IMG/VR virus record: IMGVR_UViG_3300042520_001767
Location: 1 to 64,000 of that record
DNA from: a virus
DNA: 64,000 nucleotides
Direction: 5' to 3' (one strand)
Numbering within the stretch: the stretch's first letter is position 1; each line of letters begins with the position of its first letter. The translations under genes and the position numbers were made by a program. Below are positions 1-10,900 of this stretch, in pieces. Below the pieces are notes generated by a model. That model did no database searches. It saw only the letters and a list, made by a program, of their open reading frames with translations, and was not told the origin of the DNA.

Positions 1-731
1 TTAGGTTTAATACCATAAGCAAATGGTACTGAATTAGGACAAGACGTAATTGAATATTGACTATTTAAAAAATCATTTGTTGTATTGCTAATTTCAAAAG
101 ATATTTGAGAACAATCTATTTTAATTTCTTCAATAGCGTTTTGAAGAAAATTAATTTGTTTCAGTAAATCTAGATTAGTGTTTGTATTTATAGCTGGATT
201 TAAAATATTAGCTAAATTTTGACAATCTAATTTAAAAAGATAATCAAATTCTACTTTTAAACTACATTCTTTATCGTTATCATCTATATTGAATAAAGCA
301 CCATCATTACCAACTGCATTTATTAAGACTTTAAATGAATCTATTTCACAATAATTTATTTCTTCTTTCCATTTACATTTTTGTACGTTTGCGTCCCAAT
401 AAATGTTATTTGTGTCAATATTTGTAAATAATCCTTCTTTGGTTTTGAAATCGTTTATTATATTAGGTAATTTAACGGTGCAACAAAAATCACCTAATTC
501 TATTGGTGTTTTTTTACCAAAAGTCCCTATAAATATATCAATAATACCGTCACTATTAATTATAATAGTTTCTTGTTTTGGTTCATACCCATTATAGGTC
601 CCATTTTTAGCTAAGTATGTTTCTTTAGGTCCACCTATTAAACGTAATTCATTGGTGATTGATTCATTAATCAAATCACCTTTATTATTACAATTACCAA
701 TATGGTCTTCCAAATCGAAAAAATATGACAT
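1..731 (-). CDS. Hypothetical Cys-containing (probably virion) protein, 3' end truncated by window edge
   Basis: Missing from the ORF track because it has no stop in the window. ATG at 731 opens a frame (MSYFFDLEDHIGNCNNKGDLINES...CPNSVPFAYGIKP) that stays open to position 3. Co-oriented with the upstream structural genes. Confidence 0.75.
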   Translation of the reverse strand, partial: MSYFFDLEDHIGNCNNKGDLINESITNELRLIGGPKETYLAKNGTYNGYEPKQETIIINSDGIIDIFIGTFGKKTPIELGDFCCTVKLPNIINDFKTKEGLFTNIDTNNIYWDANVQKCKWKEEINYCEIDSFKVLINAVGNDGALFNIDDNDKECSLKVEFDYLFKLDCQNLANILNPAINTNTNLDLLKQINFLQNAIEEIKIDCSQISFEISNTTNDFLNSQYSITSCPNSVPFAYGIKP

Positions 732-759
732 ATGTTTTTTTATTTATTTTTTTTTATTT

Positions 760-3447
760 TTAATGTCGGCTATAGAAATAATCGAAAGTATTACAAGCTC
801 CAATTGTACCTATTTGTCTTCCAACTATATTTTTGAATATTATACCTTCTTCGCCTCTATTATAATCATTTTTACCTGTATCTGTTAACTTACATCCAAA
901 ACCTATTTTACCAGTATATGGGTCTACAATTCCGCTTACTGGTATTGTAAAATTAGATAAACAATTTGAACCATCTGGTGTTACAACAACAGAACTACCA
1001 ATACCAAAAAGTTGTGCAAATTGAAGGAATAATTCACCAGAACCAATTGGTATTTCAATTGGTTGTAGGAGGTTATATTCATAAGTACCGTTTATAAGTG
1101 TTGCTTTTTTTAAACTCCATTGTTTTGCAACATTACACCCAAGTTTTTGTGTTGTTCCACATACATAACCACTACTTTTCACAAACTCACCAGTATTTAG
1201 ACCATTACTACTCATAGATTCCATGTAAGTAGATACACCACCTAAAACCGAACAACATTCTTGGCTTATGAAGATAGTTTCTTTTTCACCTATAACTTCT
1301 TTATTTGGTCCATATATTTGTTTTGTTACAACCCAGAAACCTGTTTCGTTATCTATATATCTGTTAACACCTAAATCGTTACACGATTGACTAATTTGCT
1401 TACCTTTTTTAACACAAACACTTAAAATATCATCACCTCCCTCACATTCACAACCACAAGGTGTTAATGTGGGTTCTGGCATTGGGTCTTTTATTATTTC
1501 AGACTCATAAACAATACAATTACCAATATCTGAATTATCTTCAGATATAACATCAACATAAGTTGGTCCATTATAATTAGTGATAACACCCTTTGAATAA
1601 TTTGAAAATATATTTTTTTCACTTATTAAAGGTTCGTCAACTGTAATAGTAACAGGTGAAAAATTGGGTATTAGTGTTTTAAATTGATTAATATATTTAA
1701 AACCACCATCGTAAAAACCAACATGTGGGTTATTACCAGCTAAAATATCTATTGTTGCACCAGTACCGCCAGTTTCTCTATACCATAAACCATTATTTTG
1801 GAAATACATATCTGGAGTGTTTGGTAATGGATTAGGATAACCATCTTCATCTATTGGGTATAAAGATAAATCAGTTTCTAACCCATTTTGTTCTAAAACA
1901 TCTAAAAATATATTAATATCGATAGGTCCGTTGGCTTTATAAATATATTCGTTAAAGTTTACTAATCCTTTTGGTATACCCATAAAATTAACCAAAAACT
2001 CAATTGATTTCCTAGCTCCTTTTGATTTCCAAAGCCATGGTGAATTTAATATAAGTCTTCGCCATAATTCATTATCTCTTTCTAATGATGTTAAACCAAT
2101 TGATTGACCATCAAATGTTGAATCAGAAGTTGTTACATAACTATTTACTAAATCATTTCCAATAATTGTTGAGGATAAATCCCAACCTAAAACTCTAGCT
2201 AAATCTTTTAAATATTTATCTGGTAAATTATCTTCTTTATTATATGTTACATTACGTGCAAATGATATACCATCTATAAACTGATTTAAATCGTCAAAAG
2301 ACCTACCATAAATATTAAGCGTTTTATTAACTTTTTGCCCAGTTGTTGTATCTTTATGAACTTCATCTAAATGTACTGGTGTTGTATCAAATGCAGATAT
2401 TGATTCAGATACTAAAAATCTACTCATTAAATTTGTTTCATTTAAATCGTAATTCGTTGCAATATCTAATAAATCAGTTGCATAATTAGTATAATCAGTA
2501 GTGTCGAAATCTATATTATAACCATCAGATACTGGCCAAGTTAATGATTTATTTGTATACATTAAAACACCATTTTCAGACCTTAACGGATAATCAAAAG
2601 TTGATTTATATAAAGGTAATGATTGTCTATTTAATAAGTATTTATTCAATCCAGTTAATGAATTAAAATAAGTATCTACAATTATTTTTTTTGGTTTTAT
2701 ATGGTAATAAATATTTGAAGAAGAATAAATACTAGTAAATGGGTTACCTTTTACTTTAATGTAAATATAATCATTAAAATCATAAGTTGACCCCGTGAAA
2801 TTTAAAATATCATATTCAACATCATTATATAAAATAGAATAAGAACCATAATTCATAGTAATGTTTCTTAAATCGTTTGTTTCATTAAATGTGTCTATTA
2901 TACTACCATTCGTTAGGAAATTTATTTGAAACTGGTTTACTAAAAAAGTAACATTAACTTTAAAGGTAGATTCATTAGTTAATAAATCGTAAGAATAATC
3001 TTCATAAGTATTACCTACATAATCATCACCATTAACACTTACTAATGGTGATGCATATAAAGATGCTGGCCAATTTGTTATAATATCCTCTAACACTATT
3101 CTAATATATTCAGTCATTGAACCAAATAACGAATAATTTTTTAAGTTTCTTGGGTCTAAATTTAAAAATGTGTTTGTATTGTTTTGTAAAAGTATCTGAG
3201 ATTCAATAACATTTAAATCTAAATTTTCTAAAGTTATAAAATCAGAAAATTTACCAGTAATATAGTTTTTATCTATTTTAGGGTCTAAGTTAGTGGTAAT
3301 AGAAAAATTACCCATAGTAAATAACGGAGTACCACCATTACTAGCTAATTGTACACCTACTAAATCTTGAGAAAATGGTCTATACTCAATATTACCGTTA
3401 TATGTTGTTTTTTTTGAATATCCAGCTACTTTTATTTTTTTTGACAT
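760..3447 (-). CDS. Virion/baseplate protein, 895 aa, with a central Tail_P2_I / baseplate-wedge-like segment and a Cys-rich C-terminus
   Basis: The motif PDKYLKDLARVLGWDL...WRRLILNSPWLWKSKGARKSIEFLVNFMG resembles P2 gpI-type wedge proteins. Lies in the baseplate cluster. Confidence 0.6.
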   Translation of the reverse strand: MSKKIKVAGYSKKTTYNGNIEYRPFSQDLVGVQLASNGGTPLFTMGNFSITTNLDPKIDKNYITGKFSDFITLENLDLNVIESQILLQNNTNTFLNLDPRNLKNYSLFGSMTEYIRIVLEDIITNWPASLYASPLVSVNGDDYVGNTYEDYSYDLLTNESTFKVNVTFLVNQFQINFLTNGSIIDTFNETNDLRNITMNYGSYSILYNDVEYDILNFTGSTYDFNDYIYIKVKGNPFTSIYSSSNIYYHIKPKKIIVDTYFNSLTGLNKYLLNRQSLPLYKSTFDYPLRSENGVLMYTNKSLTWPVSDGYNIDFDTTDYTNYATDLLDIATNYDLNETNLMSRFLVSESISAFDTTPVHLDEVHKDTTTGQKVNKTLNIYGRSFDDLNQFIDGISFARNVTYNKEDNLPDKYLKDLARVLGWDLSSTIIGNDLVNSYVTTSDSTFDGQSIGLTSLERDNELWRRLILNSPWLWKSKGARKSIEFLVNFMGIPKGLVNFNEYIYKANGPIDINIFLDVLEQNGLETDLSLYPIDEDGYPNPLPNTPDMYFQNNGLWYRETGGTGATIDILAGNNPHVGFYDGGFKYINQFKTLIPNFSPVTITVDEPLISEKNIFSNYSKGVITNYNGPTYVDVISEDNSDIGNCIVYESEIIKDPMPEPTLTPCGCECEGGDDILSVCVKKGKQISQSCNDLGVNRYIDNETGFWVVTKQIYGPNKEVIGEKETIFISQECCSVLGGVSTYMESMSSNGLNTGEFVKSSGYVCGTTQKLGCNVAKQWSLKKATLINGTYEYNLLQPIEIPIGSGELFLQFAQLFGIGSSVVVTPDGSNCLSNFTIPVSGIVDPYTGKIGFGCKLTDTGKNDYNRGEEGIIFKNIVGRQIGTIGACNTFDYFYSRH

Positions 3448-3455
3448 TTTTAATT

Positions 3456-4379
3456 TTAGATTGTTGTGATATTATTAAATGTTTTACTAAAATCAATTAC
3501 ACTTCTTTGTTCTCTAACCTCAAATAATGGTTTACCTGTAAATTGGTCTTTAATTTCGTATAAATTGAATTGTTTATAAATATCATTATTAAAATTATAA
3601 ATAGTATAAATTCCGTCTTCAAGACTTTTAGTTTGATTACCAAATAATGCAAATGCTAACGTTTCAACATCATGAGCTACCATTTCAACTTCAATCATAA
3701 TAGGATTGAAGAATGTATTTGTTATTATAACTTCTTGATTTGGTTGACCTATAAAAGGTAATGCGTTTGGTTTAACACTAGAGGCTGATGCTGGTGATAC
3801 CGTACAAAAAGTTGTGCTAGAATTATCATTAAATCGATATCTAATAGCTTTTTGGTTTGAATTTGTTAAATTTTGATTTACAGCTTCTGCTCTATTATTT
3901 GATGTGATAATTCTAAAGAAATTACTAATCTTAGCGTCAGTTATTGAGGAAGTTGTATTTAAATATTCTATTCTATAACCAACTAATCCATTATTCTCAA
4001 ACTTACTAGAAAAATTAGTAGGTAATGATGATATATCAAATAATAAACCTTTTATATCTGGGAATGAAGATAACACACCGACATCGGATATTTTTGTTCT
4101 TATTTCTATTGGTTTAATTATTATAGTGTAAAAACCTTTTGTATTAAATTGGTCTACTGGTAATTTAAGGGTATACATTCCACCAAAAACCTCAAAACCA
4201 ACAACATTTGATTGACTTTTATTTGGGTTATCAATTTTCTGTAATACAGCATTCGCATCTAGTTTAATTAAATTAGGATTTCCTACTTTATCTCTAGATG
4301 GTGTGTAATGATAAAAGATTTCAACATCTTCTGGTGATACATCAGATGGTCTTACAACCCCATACGTGCCTGTTGCCAT
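3456..4379 (-). CDS. Hypothetical virion structural protein, 307 aa
   Basis: Long ORF, predicted beta-rich, tightly packed in the structural cluster. Confidence 0.6.
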   Translation of the reverse strand: MATGTYGVVRPSDVSPEDVEIFYHYTPSRDKVGNPNLIKLDANAVLQKIDNPNKSQSNVVGFEVFGGMYTLKLPVDQFNTKGFYTIIIKPIEIRTKISDVGVLSSFPDIKGLLFDISSLPTNFSSKFENNGLVGYRIEYLNTTSSITDAKISNFFRIITSNNRAEAVNQNLTNSNQKAIRYRFNDNSSTTFCTVSPASASSVKPNALPFIGQPNQEVIITNTFFNPIMIEVEMVAHDVETLAFALFGNQTKSLEDGIYTIYNFNNDIYKQFNLYEIKDQFTGKPLFEVREQRSVIDFSKTFNNITTI

Positions 4380-4486
4380 ATTATTTATTATTTAAAATTT
4401 ATCGTTATTTAGTTTATTTATATCCTATAAAGATAATAACAAATATCTCATAAGTAAGTACTTGTTATTACATTATTTTTCTGTTA

Positions 4487-5287
4487 TTATTGTTTAATTA
4501 ATTTATAAAAACCATTACCGTAATTTTCTAATCCTTTAAGGTTTTTTATTTCAGATAATCTTAAATGCATATCCATAACAGTTGTTATTGCTCTATCTAT
4601 AAATACATCGTTTTGAACTTCTGGCGGAGAAATTACACCAAATAAATATTCTTCTTTAATTAATGCTGATAATGATGTGTTTGTTTCATTAAAACCTTCA
4701 CCAATATACCTAATCGTTGTTGTATTTACTGATGTTGGTTCACCATCAATTAAAACAGTTCTTAAAGTTGAATAATCATTAAACAGTAAACCATTTATTT
4801 GATTATTAGTTCCTAAATTATTATCATTAGGTGTATCAAAAACATACTCTTTTGGTTCACCCATAGATTTAATTCTATCAACACCATCTATTAAAACTCC
4901 TTCGTAATTAGTGTAAGTTTCAGTGTTAATGTTAAAATCAGTCCTGTACGGATTTTTTATATCATAAGACCTAACATCCTCTATTCTAGATTCAGTATAT
5001 GCTGTAATTACAGCATCAACAAAATTATAATAATTATTAATTTTCTTATATGGGTATCTTAAAACATTCCATAAATTTTGAGGAGTGTTTACTGTTGTAA
5101 AATAAGGTTTTGGTGATAGACTTTCAATAAAATCGACATCAGTAAACATACCCATATCGTCAATATTTTGTGTTATTAAAATATTGATATAAAAAGTTGA
5201 AGCAGTTAAGGTACCCCATTTTTTTGGGTCTTTACTACTTCTGTCGATACTATCCTCCAGTAAAATTTTTCTTTTAATTATTTCCAT
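4487..5287 (-). CDS. Hypothetical virion structural protein, 266 aa
   Basis: Long ORF whose start overlaps the stop of the upstream gene by 1 nt. Confidence 0.6.
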   Translation of the reverse strand: MEIIKRKILLEDSIDRSSKDPKKWGTLTASTFYINILITQNIDDMGMFTDVDFIESLSPKPYFTTVNTPQNLWNVLRYPYKKINNYYNFVDAVITAYTESRIEDVRSYDIKNPYRTDFNINTETYTNYEGVLIDGVDRIKSMGEPKEYVFDTPNDNNLGTNNQINGLLFNDYSTLRTVLIDGEPTSVNTTTIRYIGEGFNETNTSLSALIKEEYLFGVISPPEVQNDVFIDRAITTVMDMHLRLSEIKNLKGLENYGNGFYKLIKQ

Positions 5288-6162
5288 TACGCTGCTTTTA
5301 TTTCATATAATGTAACAGTACAGCTGTTAGAATTATAAGTTACATTGTTAGATGTTGAAGTATCGTCAATTAAATTTCCTTGATAAAGATTGTCAATTTC
5401 GTAATAAAAACCAGTTGTTGTTCTAGTTAATTTGAATCTTGTGTATAATTCATGGACTAATTTATCAATCGGTTGTGCGGTATTTTTTACCATTAAATTT
5501 ACGTTTTTACCAGTCTTTGAATTTTTAAATGATGCTCTCATATATAAATACTTTGGTATGTTATTATTTAAACTACTTTTATAATAATATAAGTGATAAC
5601 CTTCAGCAAAACCTCTAGGATTAATTAAAGGGTCTTCAACAACAAAGTTAATAGGTATTTGGACTGCTGGTTTTGGTGTCCCAGGAACAGTATTTGCTGG
5701 TAATGGGTTGCTTGGTGTACCTACTAATAAATCGGAACTATTTAATTCAGCGTAAAGTGTCATAAAGTTAACTAACTGTTGAGTAAGAGGGTTATCTGAA
5801 TCGTAAAAACTTAAATTTAAAAAAGTCTTTTTAAATGATTCTTTTCTGTATTTTATATCACTATCAGTAAACCCTATGTCGCCATAAAACCCTTTATATT
5901 CACCATTTGAATCTAATAAGTAAATATCGTAAATTATTTTATCTATTTTATCACCTAATAAATTTAATGGTAAGAATCTAACTTTTTCATAATCTATTAT
6001 TGGGTTAATGGCATTTTCAACTTCTGTGTCAACAAAAACCCTCTCAATTAATTCAGAATTATCAATAGTTTGAAAATCCATAAAAAAAGGAATAGTAATT
6101 GTAGTAGCTGTAGTGCCAGTTTCTACTGTATTTATATTTATTTTAAATTTATTAGCAAACAT
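5287..6162 (-). CDS. Hypothetical virion structural protein, 291 aa
   Basis: Long ORF overlapping both neighbours, consistent with translational coupling. Confidence 0.6.
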   Translation of the reverse strand: MFANKFKININTVETGTTATTITIPFFMDFQTIDNSELIERVFVDTEVENAINPIIDYEKVRFLPLNLLGDKIDKIIYDIYLLDSNGEYKGFYGDIGFTDSDIKYRKESFKKTFLNLSFYDSDNPLTQQLVNFMTLYAELNSSDLLVGTPSNPLPANTVPGTPKPAVQIPINFVVEDPLINPRGFAEGYHLYYYKSSLNNNIPKYLYMRASFKNSKTGKNVNLMVKNTAQPIDKLVHELYTRFKLTRTTTGFYYEIDNLYQGNLIDDTSTSNNVTYNSNSCTVTLYEIKAA

Positions 6163-7933
6163 CGTTTTCTGTATTTATTGTGAATCTATCTGTTATTCTA
6201 TCACCAGTTGGGTCAGCTGGGAATTTTCCGTAATATAAACCCCAAATCCCAAAAGGGTCTTGTCTTTTAAGTGTGAAAGAGTAATTTTGGTACATGTAAT
6301 GTGAATTATTTAAAAAAGGATAATCTAATGGTTTAATATCGCTTTCATTGAAACCTATATCTAATAAATCTCTCCAAACTATCCTTGAATCCCCTAAATC
6401 AACAGCGTAGCTAGGTATTCCTTCGGTATACTTATCACCAACTTCAATATATGTCGAAAAATCTCTTATTTTAATTAAATGATGTGGTTCATAATAATAA
6501 CCCTCATATCTTGGTCCCATCATTATTGTTTTATTTTCTTGTGATAAACCAACTTTTGAAACATAATCTAATGAGTTTGGTGTTTCTCTATTTACCGTAT
6601 TAAAAGAATGAACAACATTGGCTAATACGGTTTCATTTAAAGTGTTAATATCATATTCAACTAAATCACCATAAAATTCGTTATTATTATTAAAATTGTT
6701 TATTTTAATGTCTGTTTCTAAGTGATTATGTGTTGGAAAAATATTTGATTTACCATTGTGTATTCTATGTATTGATGGGATATCTCTTAAATAAGGAATT
6801 GTATCACTATTAACCAATCTAGAATCGTATGGTGTTTCAATACCAGAAGATACTTTAGTAAATAAATTATTACTATCTGTTTTAATTATAGTTAAATAAA
6901 TTTCACTTAATGGTCTACCTAAATTATCAACTAAATCAGTTACATCTATATCTTCATTAAAAACAAATTGAATTATGGAATCATTAAAAAAGTTTTCACT
7001 GAAACCTAATCTATATGCTTCATAATCATCATTTTCAATCATTGGTGATAATTTTGTCTTTATTTTCCTAAATTTTCTAAAATAATATTCACATTCTACA
7101 TTATTTACTAGTTTTTTAAATCTAGAAATTGGTGATAAAACACCAGATGATGGTTTATCTATAACAAAATAATATTCTTTTAAATCACCGTTATCTAACC
7201 CAACCCTAACAACTACATGGTCACCATTATAACCATTGGTACCAGAAATTCTAACTATATCATTAACATTTAAATTATGTTTACATGATAAACCAATTGC
7301 TGTCATGTTTCTAGTTGATACGTTAGCTTCTACTCTATTCGTTATTAAAATACCACCTTTTACCATGTTTTGGTTTTTATCAACACTAGCTGGATAAGTT
7401 ATAGTTAACTCCCAATTTTTAACTGGTGTCATTGAATTACCAAAAGGATTATTATCTAATAGAAAACTAAAACGTTCTCTCTTTGGTTCCATATCAATAT
7501 AATTACATAAACCAAATTTTGTAGTGTCTGGGTCAAAAGCACCAAACCAACCATCCTTTTCTTTTAGATTGTTTTTTATTGATGCGTTATAAGTTAAATC
7601 AGTTTCATCATTTAACCCGTCTTTAGGGTATGATGTATCTAAAAAGTCATTTGAATTTAACCAAGACCAAGTGAACTTGTTTGAATATAATGGTTCAACT
7701 AAATTAAATAAAGGATTAGACATTGTTGTATTCATAGTACCAAGTATTCGATACAATTTACATCTTTGTCTTTCTACATTAAATCTTTCAGCAATATTGA
7801 CAATCTTGTATATCTCATTTGTTGGTAATAATTTTTGAGTATTTTCAAGATTTATTTTTAAATAAGTGTTGTTATTAACATTTTTAACTGATAATTCTTT
7901 ATTTAATATTTGTTTTGTTCTTTCCGTATTCAT
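6152..7933 (-). CDS. Hypothetical virion structural protein, 593 aa
   Basis: Long ORF in the baseplate-associated operon. Confidence 0.6.
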   Translation of the reverse strand: MNTERTKQILNKELSVKNVNNNTYLKINLENTQKLLPTNEIYKIVNIAERFNVERQRCKLYRILGTMNTTMSNPLFNLVEPLYSNKFTWSWLNSNDFLDTSYPKDGLNDETDLTYNASIKNNLKEKDGWFGAFDPDTTKFGLCNYIDMEPKRERFSFLLDNNPFGNSMTPVKNWELTITYPASVDKNQNMVKGGILITNRVEANVSTRNMTAIGLSCKHNLNVNDIVRISGTNGYNGDHVVVRVGLDNGDLKEYYFVIDKPSSGVLSPISRFKKLVNNVECEYYFRKFRKIKTKLSPMIENDDYEAYRLGFSENFFNDSIIQFVFNEDIDVTDLVDNLGRPLSEIYLTIIKTDSNNLFTKVSSGIETPYDSRLVNSDTIPYLRDIPSIHRIHNGKSNIFPTHNHLETDIKINNFNNNNEFYGDLVEYDINTLNETVLANVVHSFNTVNRETPNSLDYVSKVGLSQENKTIMMGPRYEGYYYEPHHLIKIRDFSTYIEVGDKYTEGIPSYAVDLGDSRIVWRDLLDIGFNESDIKPLDYPFLNNSHYMYQNYSFTLKRQDPFGIWGLYYGKFPADPTGDRITDRFTINTENDVC

Positions 7934-7934
7934 T

Positions 7935-10900
7935 TTATGTCGTTTTAATTATTGTACAACCAACACTGTCTGTTATTGTTGTTGTGGCTTTTGGATTAGG
8001 GTAAATACTACAGAATAATGTTGCATCGACCACATCGTAAGCACTTCCGTTAAAATTATCAACATTCAATAATAACGGTGAACTAGAATAAGGACTAATA
8101 CCGCCAGATGCTGTAAAATTAAAATAACATTTAGTTAAATTAGTTAAATCTGTTGAATTCGTTCTATTAACTTGACTACTTAAAGCTTGTGTAGGCATTG
8201 TTATTGTCGGTAATGAACCGTTTGCCGTACAACCTTTATTATCAGTTATTATGTATGTGATAACTACTGGGTATGTTGTATTACCGTTAGGTACATTATT
8301 GATTACACTTGATGGAATCGTTTGATTAATCAATTGTTGATTAGACGTAATTGTTTCAATAAAATACGAATTAAGACCATTTGGACCATAACCATTTATT
8401 TGATATTTAAACTCATATGGTTTACGTTCTGAATATGTTGGTCCAGCAACCTCCCAATGAGTAACATTAAATTTAAATGTTAAAACGTTAGGGTCACATT
8501 GTTTACTATTATTTATACCATTAAAATTAACATTTAAAAATGCTGGTGGTAATCTAATTTCGGTTTCATTTATAACCAACTCATTACTAAAACATAATTC
8601 ATCAATAGATTTAAATGAAAAACTAACTTCTTCATTATTTAATAAAATATTTGGTATTGTTAAATATACATATGTTGAATTATTTATGTAAGCACTACTT
8701 GACATAAAATCTCGATATACCATAATACCATCATCATTTGTTTCATTATTAACATTCGTTGAAATCTTAATACTACTGATTGGTGGAGTTTGACCGACTG
8801 GAATCGGTGCACCTTCTAATACGTAAAAAGGAATCACATATTTATTAGGGTCACATTGTTTAGCTAAATCAATAATACTACCTTTACTTGCAACCATTTT
8901 AGGGTTTTTACTAGGTATTGTAAAATTTAAAACAGATGCTGTACCTAACCTATCAATAACTGAAGCCGTATAATTACCTCTAAATAAAGTATTACCATTA
9001 AATGAAATAGAGTTATAACCTAATGGTCCAACAACATTAATTGTATATGGTGCTACACCTCCAGTTAACCCTATTTCAAACTCACCATCTTGACTTTCCC
9101 AACATGTAGTACCTTTAAAATTATTCAATATTAAAACTACAGGTGTTGGTCCGTCAATAATCAAATCATATATATTGATAAAATCCACACCATCGCTTAG
9201 TTCTAATCTATAACCAAAATGTTTGTCTGGTGGTGTTAATCCATTTGAATCTTTATCAACACCTAATCCACCAATTATAAATGGTACATTTATTACTGAA
9301 TTATTTGAAACTAAGGAACCATTACTTTTATATAATTTATAACTCCAAACACCTGTACCACCACCAATACTATCTATTACAATTTCACCATCATTAATAC
9401 TAGCAGATGTACACATTTTTTTAACTACACCAGAACCATAAAATGGTGGTGGACCATCTATATTTACTGTTTGTGTAACAACATTACCGTTAACATCAAT
9501 AACTTCAATATCATATTGTCCTTGAGGTCCACTAATTGTTATCGGTAAAACATCACCAGTAGTTGGGTTAATCTCTAAAATACCATTAATAACACCATTA
9601 GGTCCACTAATTGTATAAGTAAATGGAGCTGTCCCTGAAACTATTGTAAAAGTTATTGAACCATTTGGATTTGAATTTGATGAAGGAGTTGAAGTAGATG
9701 TGATATTAAACTCTTTTTCAATCACTGGTATACATTTAGTGAAAAACCTTTGATTTAATTTATCTAAACTTCCTTTTCCTGGTAAAATACCAAAATAAAA
9801 ATAAAATGAATTATTTGTTTGTGAATAACTAGAATCGTTATTAGGTTTAAAACCTCTAAAATTTAAATAATCATCACCGTTAGAATTATTAGATGCGAAA
9901 GAATATGTCGGTTCGTTTTTTATGTTAAAATTTGTTGTAAATGGTGAACCGTAATTAAATGATTGTACTCCATTAACCTTGTTTTTATTTAAATAATAAA
10001 AAACATCTCTAAAAAATTTACTACCATTTTCATCTATTTCGTTTTCACCAATTACACCATCTGGGTAAATTAATGTTCCGTTATTATCATAACTAATTTC
10101 ATCTAAATCAACACCCATTTCACATATGTGTCTAATATTTAAAACTTGTCTAGTATCTGAATGAATACCCTTACAATTAATTTCAAAAAATAACCCTTTA
10201 ATACTTCCCTCTAGCCCTACTTGTCCTGTTGTTTCAGTTTTTTTATCATCAGTTGTTTCTTGAGTATCTGGCGGTAATTTATATGATGTAGGTATTAATA
10301 AAGGTTGTATTTTTGGTATACCTTGCCAATCACATTCGAAAACAGACCCCAAACAAACAATATCAGTAGCAAATAATTTATTAGAAACATCATGTTTTGT
10401 TGCAGCATAATAAAGTTCTTCACTTATTTTTTTACCGTCTTTAATTATATTTATTTTTTTAATTAAACCTTCACGTACTGAAACATAATACGATTTGTTT
10501 TGTGCGTCAGCATATTTAGGTGTTTTACCGTATTCATGATTACCGTCTGGAAAACAAGTATCTAATAAATAATTTGAATGACACGTATTATCACCTATTT
10601 TATCATTATTCCCATCAACACCACCTTGTGAAGTAAATTCTGGATTACAATCATATTCGCAGAATAATTCTCTACCTTTACTTCTTTTTTTATATTTTAA
10701 TAAAAAACCAAATAAACTACCATTAATCCAATCATTATAAAAATCAAATTGGAATAAATTAAGACTCTTTGCCATTTCAAATGCAACACAATTATCCAAT
10801 CCAGCTAAATCACCAAATGTTTTTGGGTGACCCCAATCATCACCAGGATAATAAGTTGGAGGGTTATTATCTTTTTTAAGCTCTTTAAAACCATCAGAAC

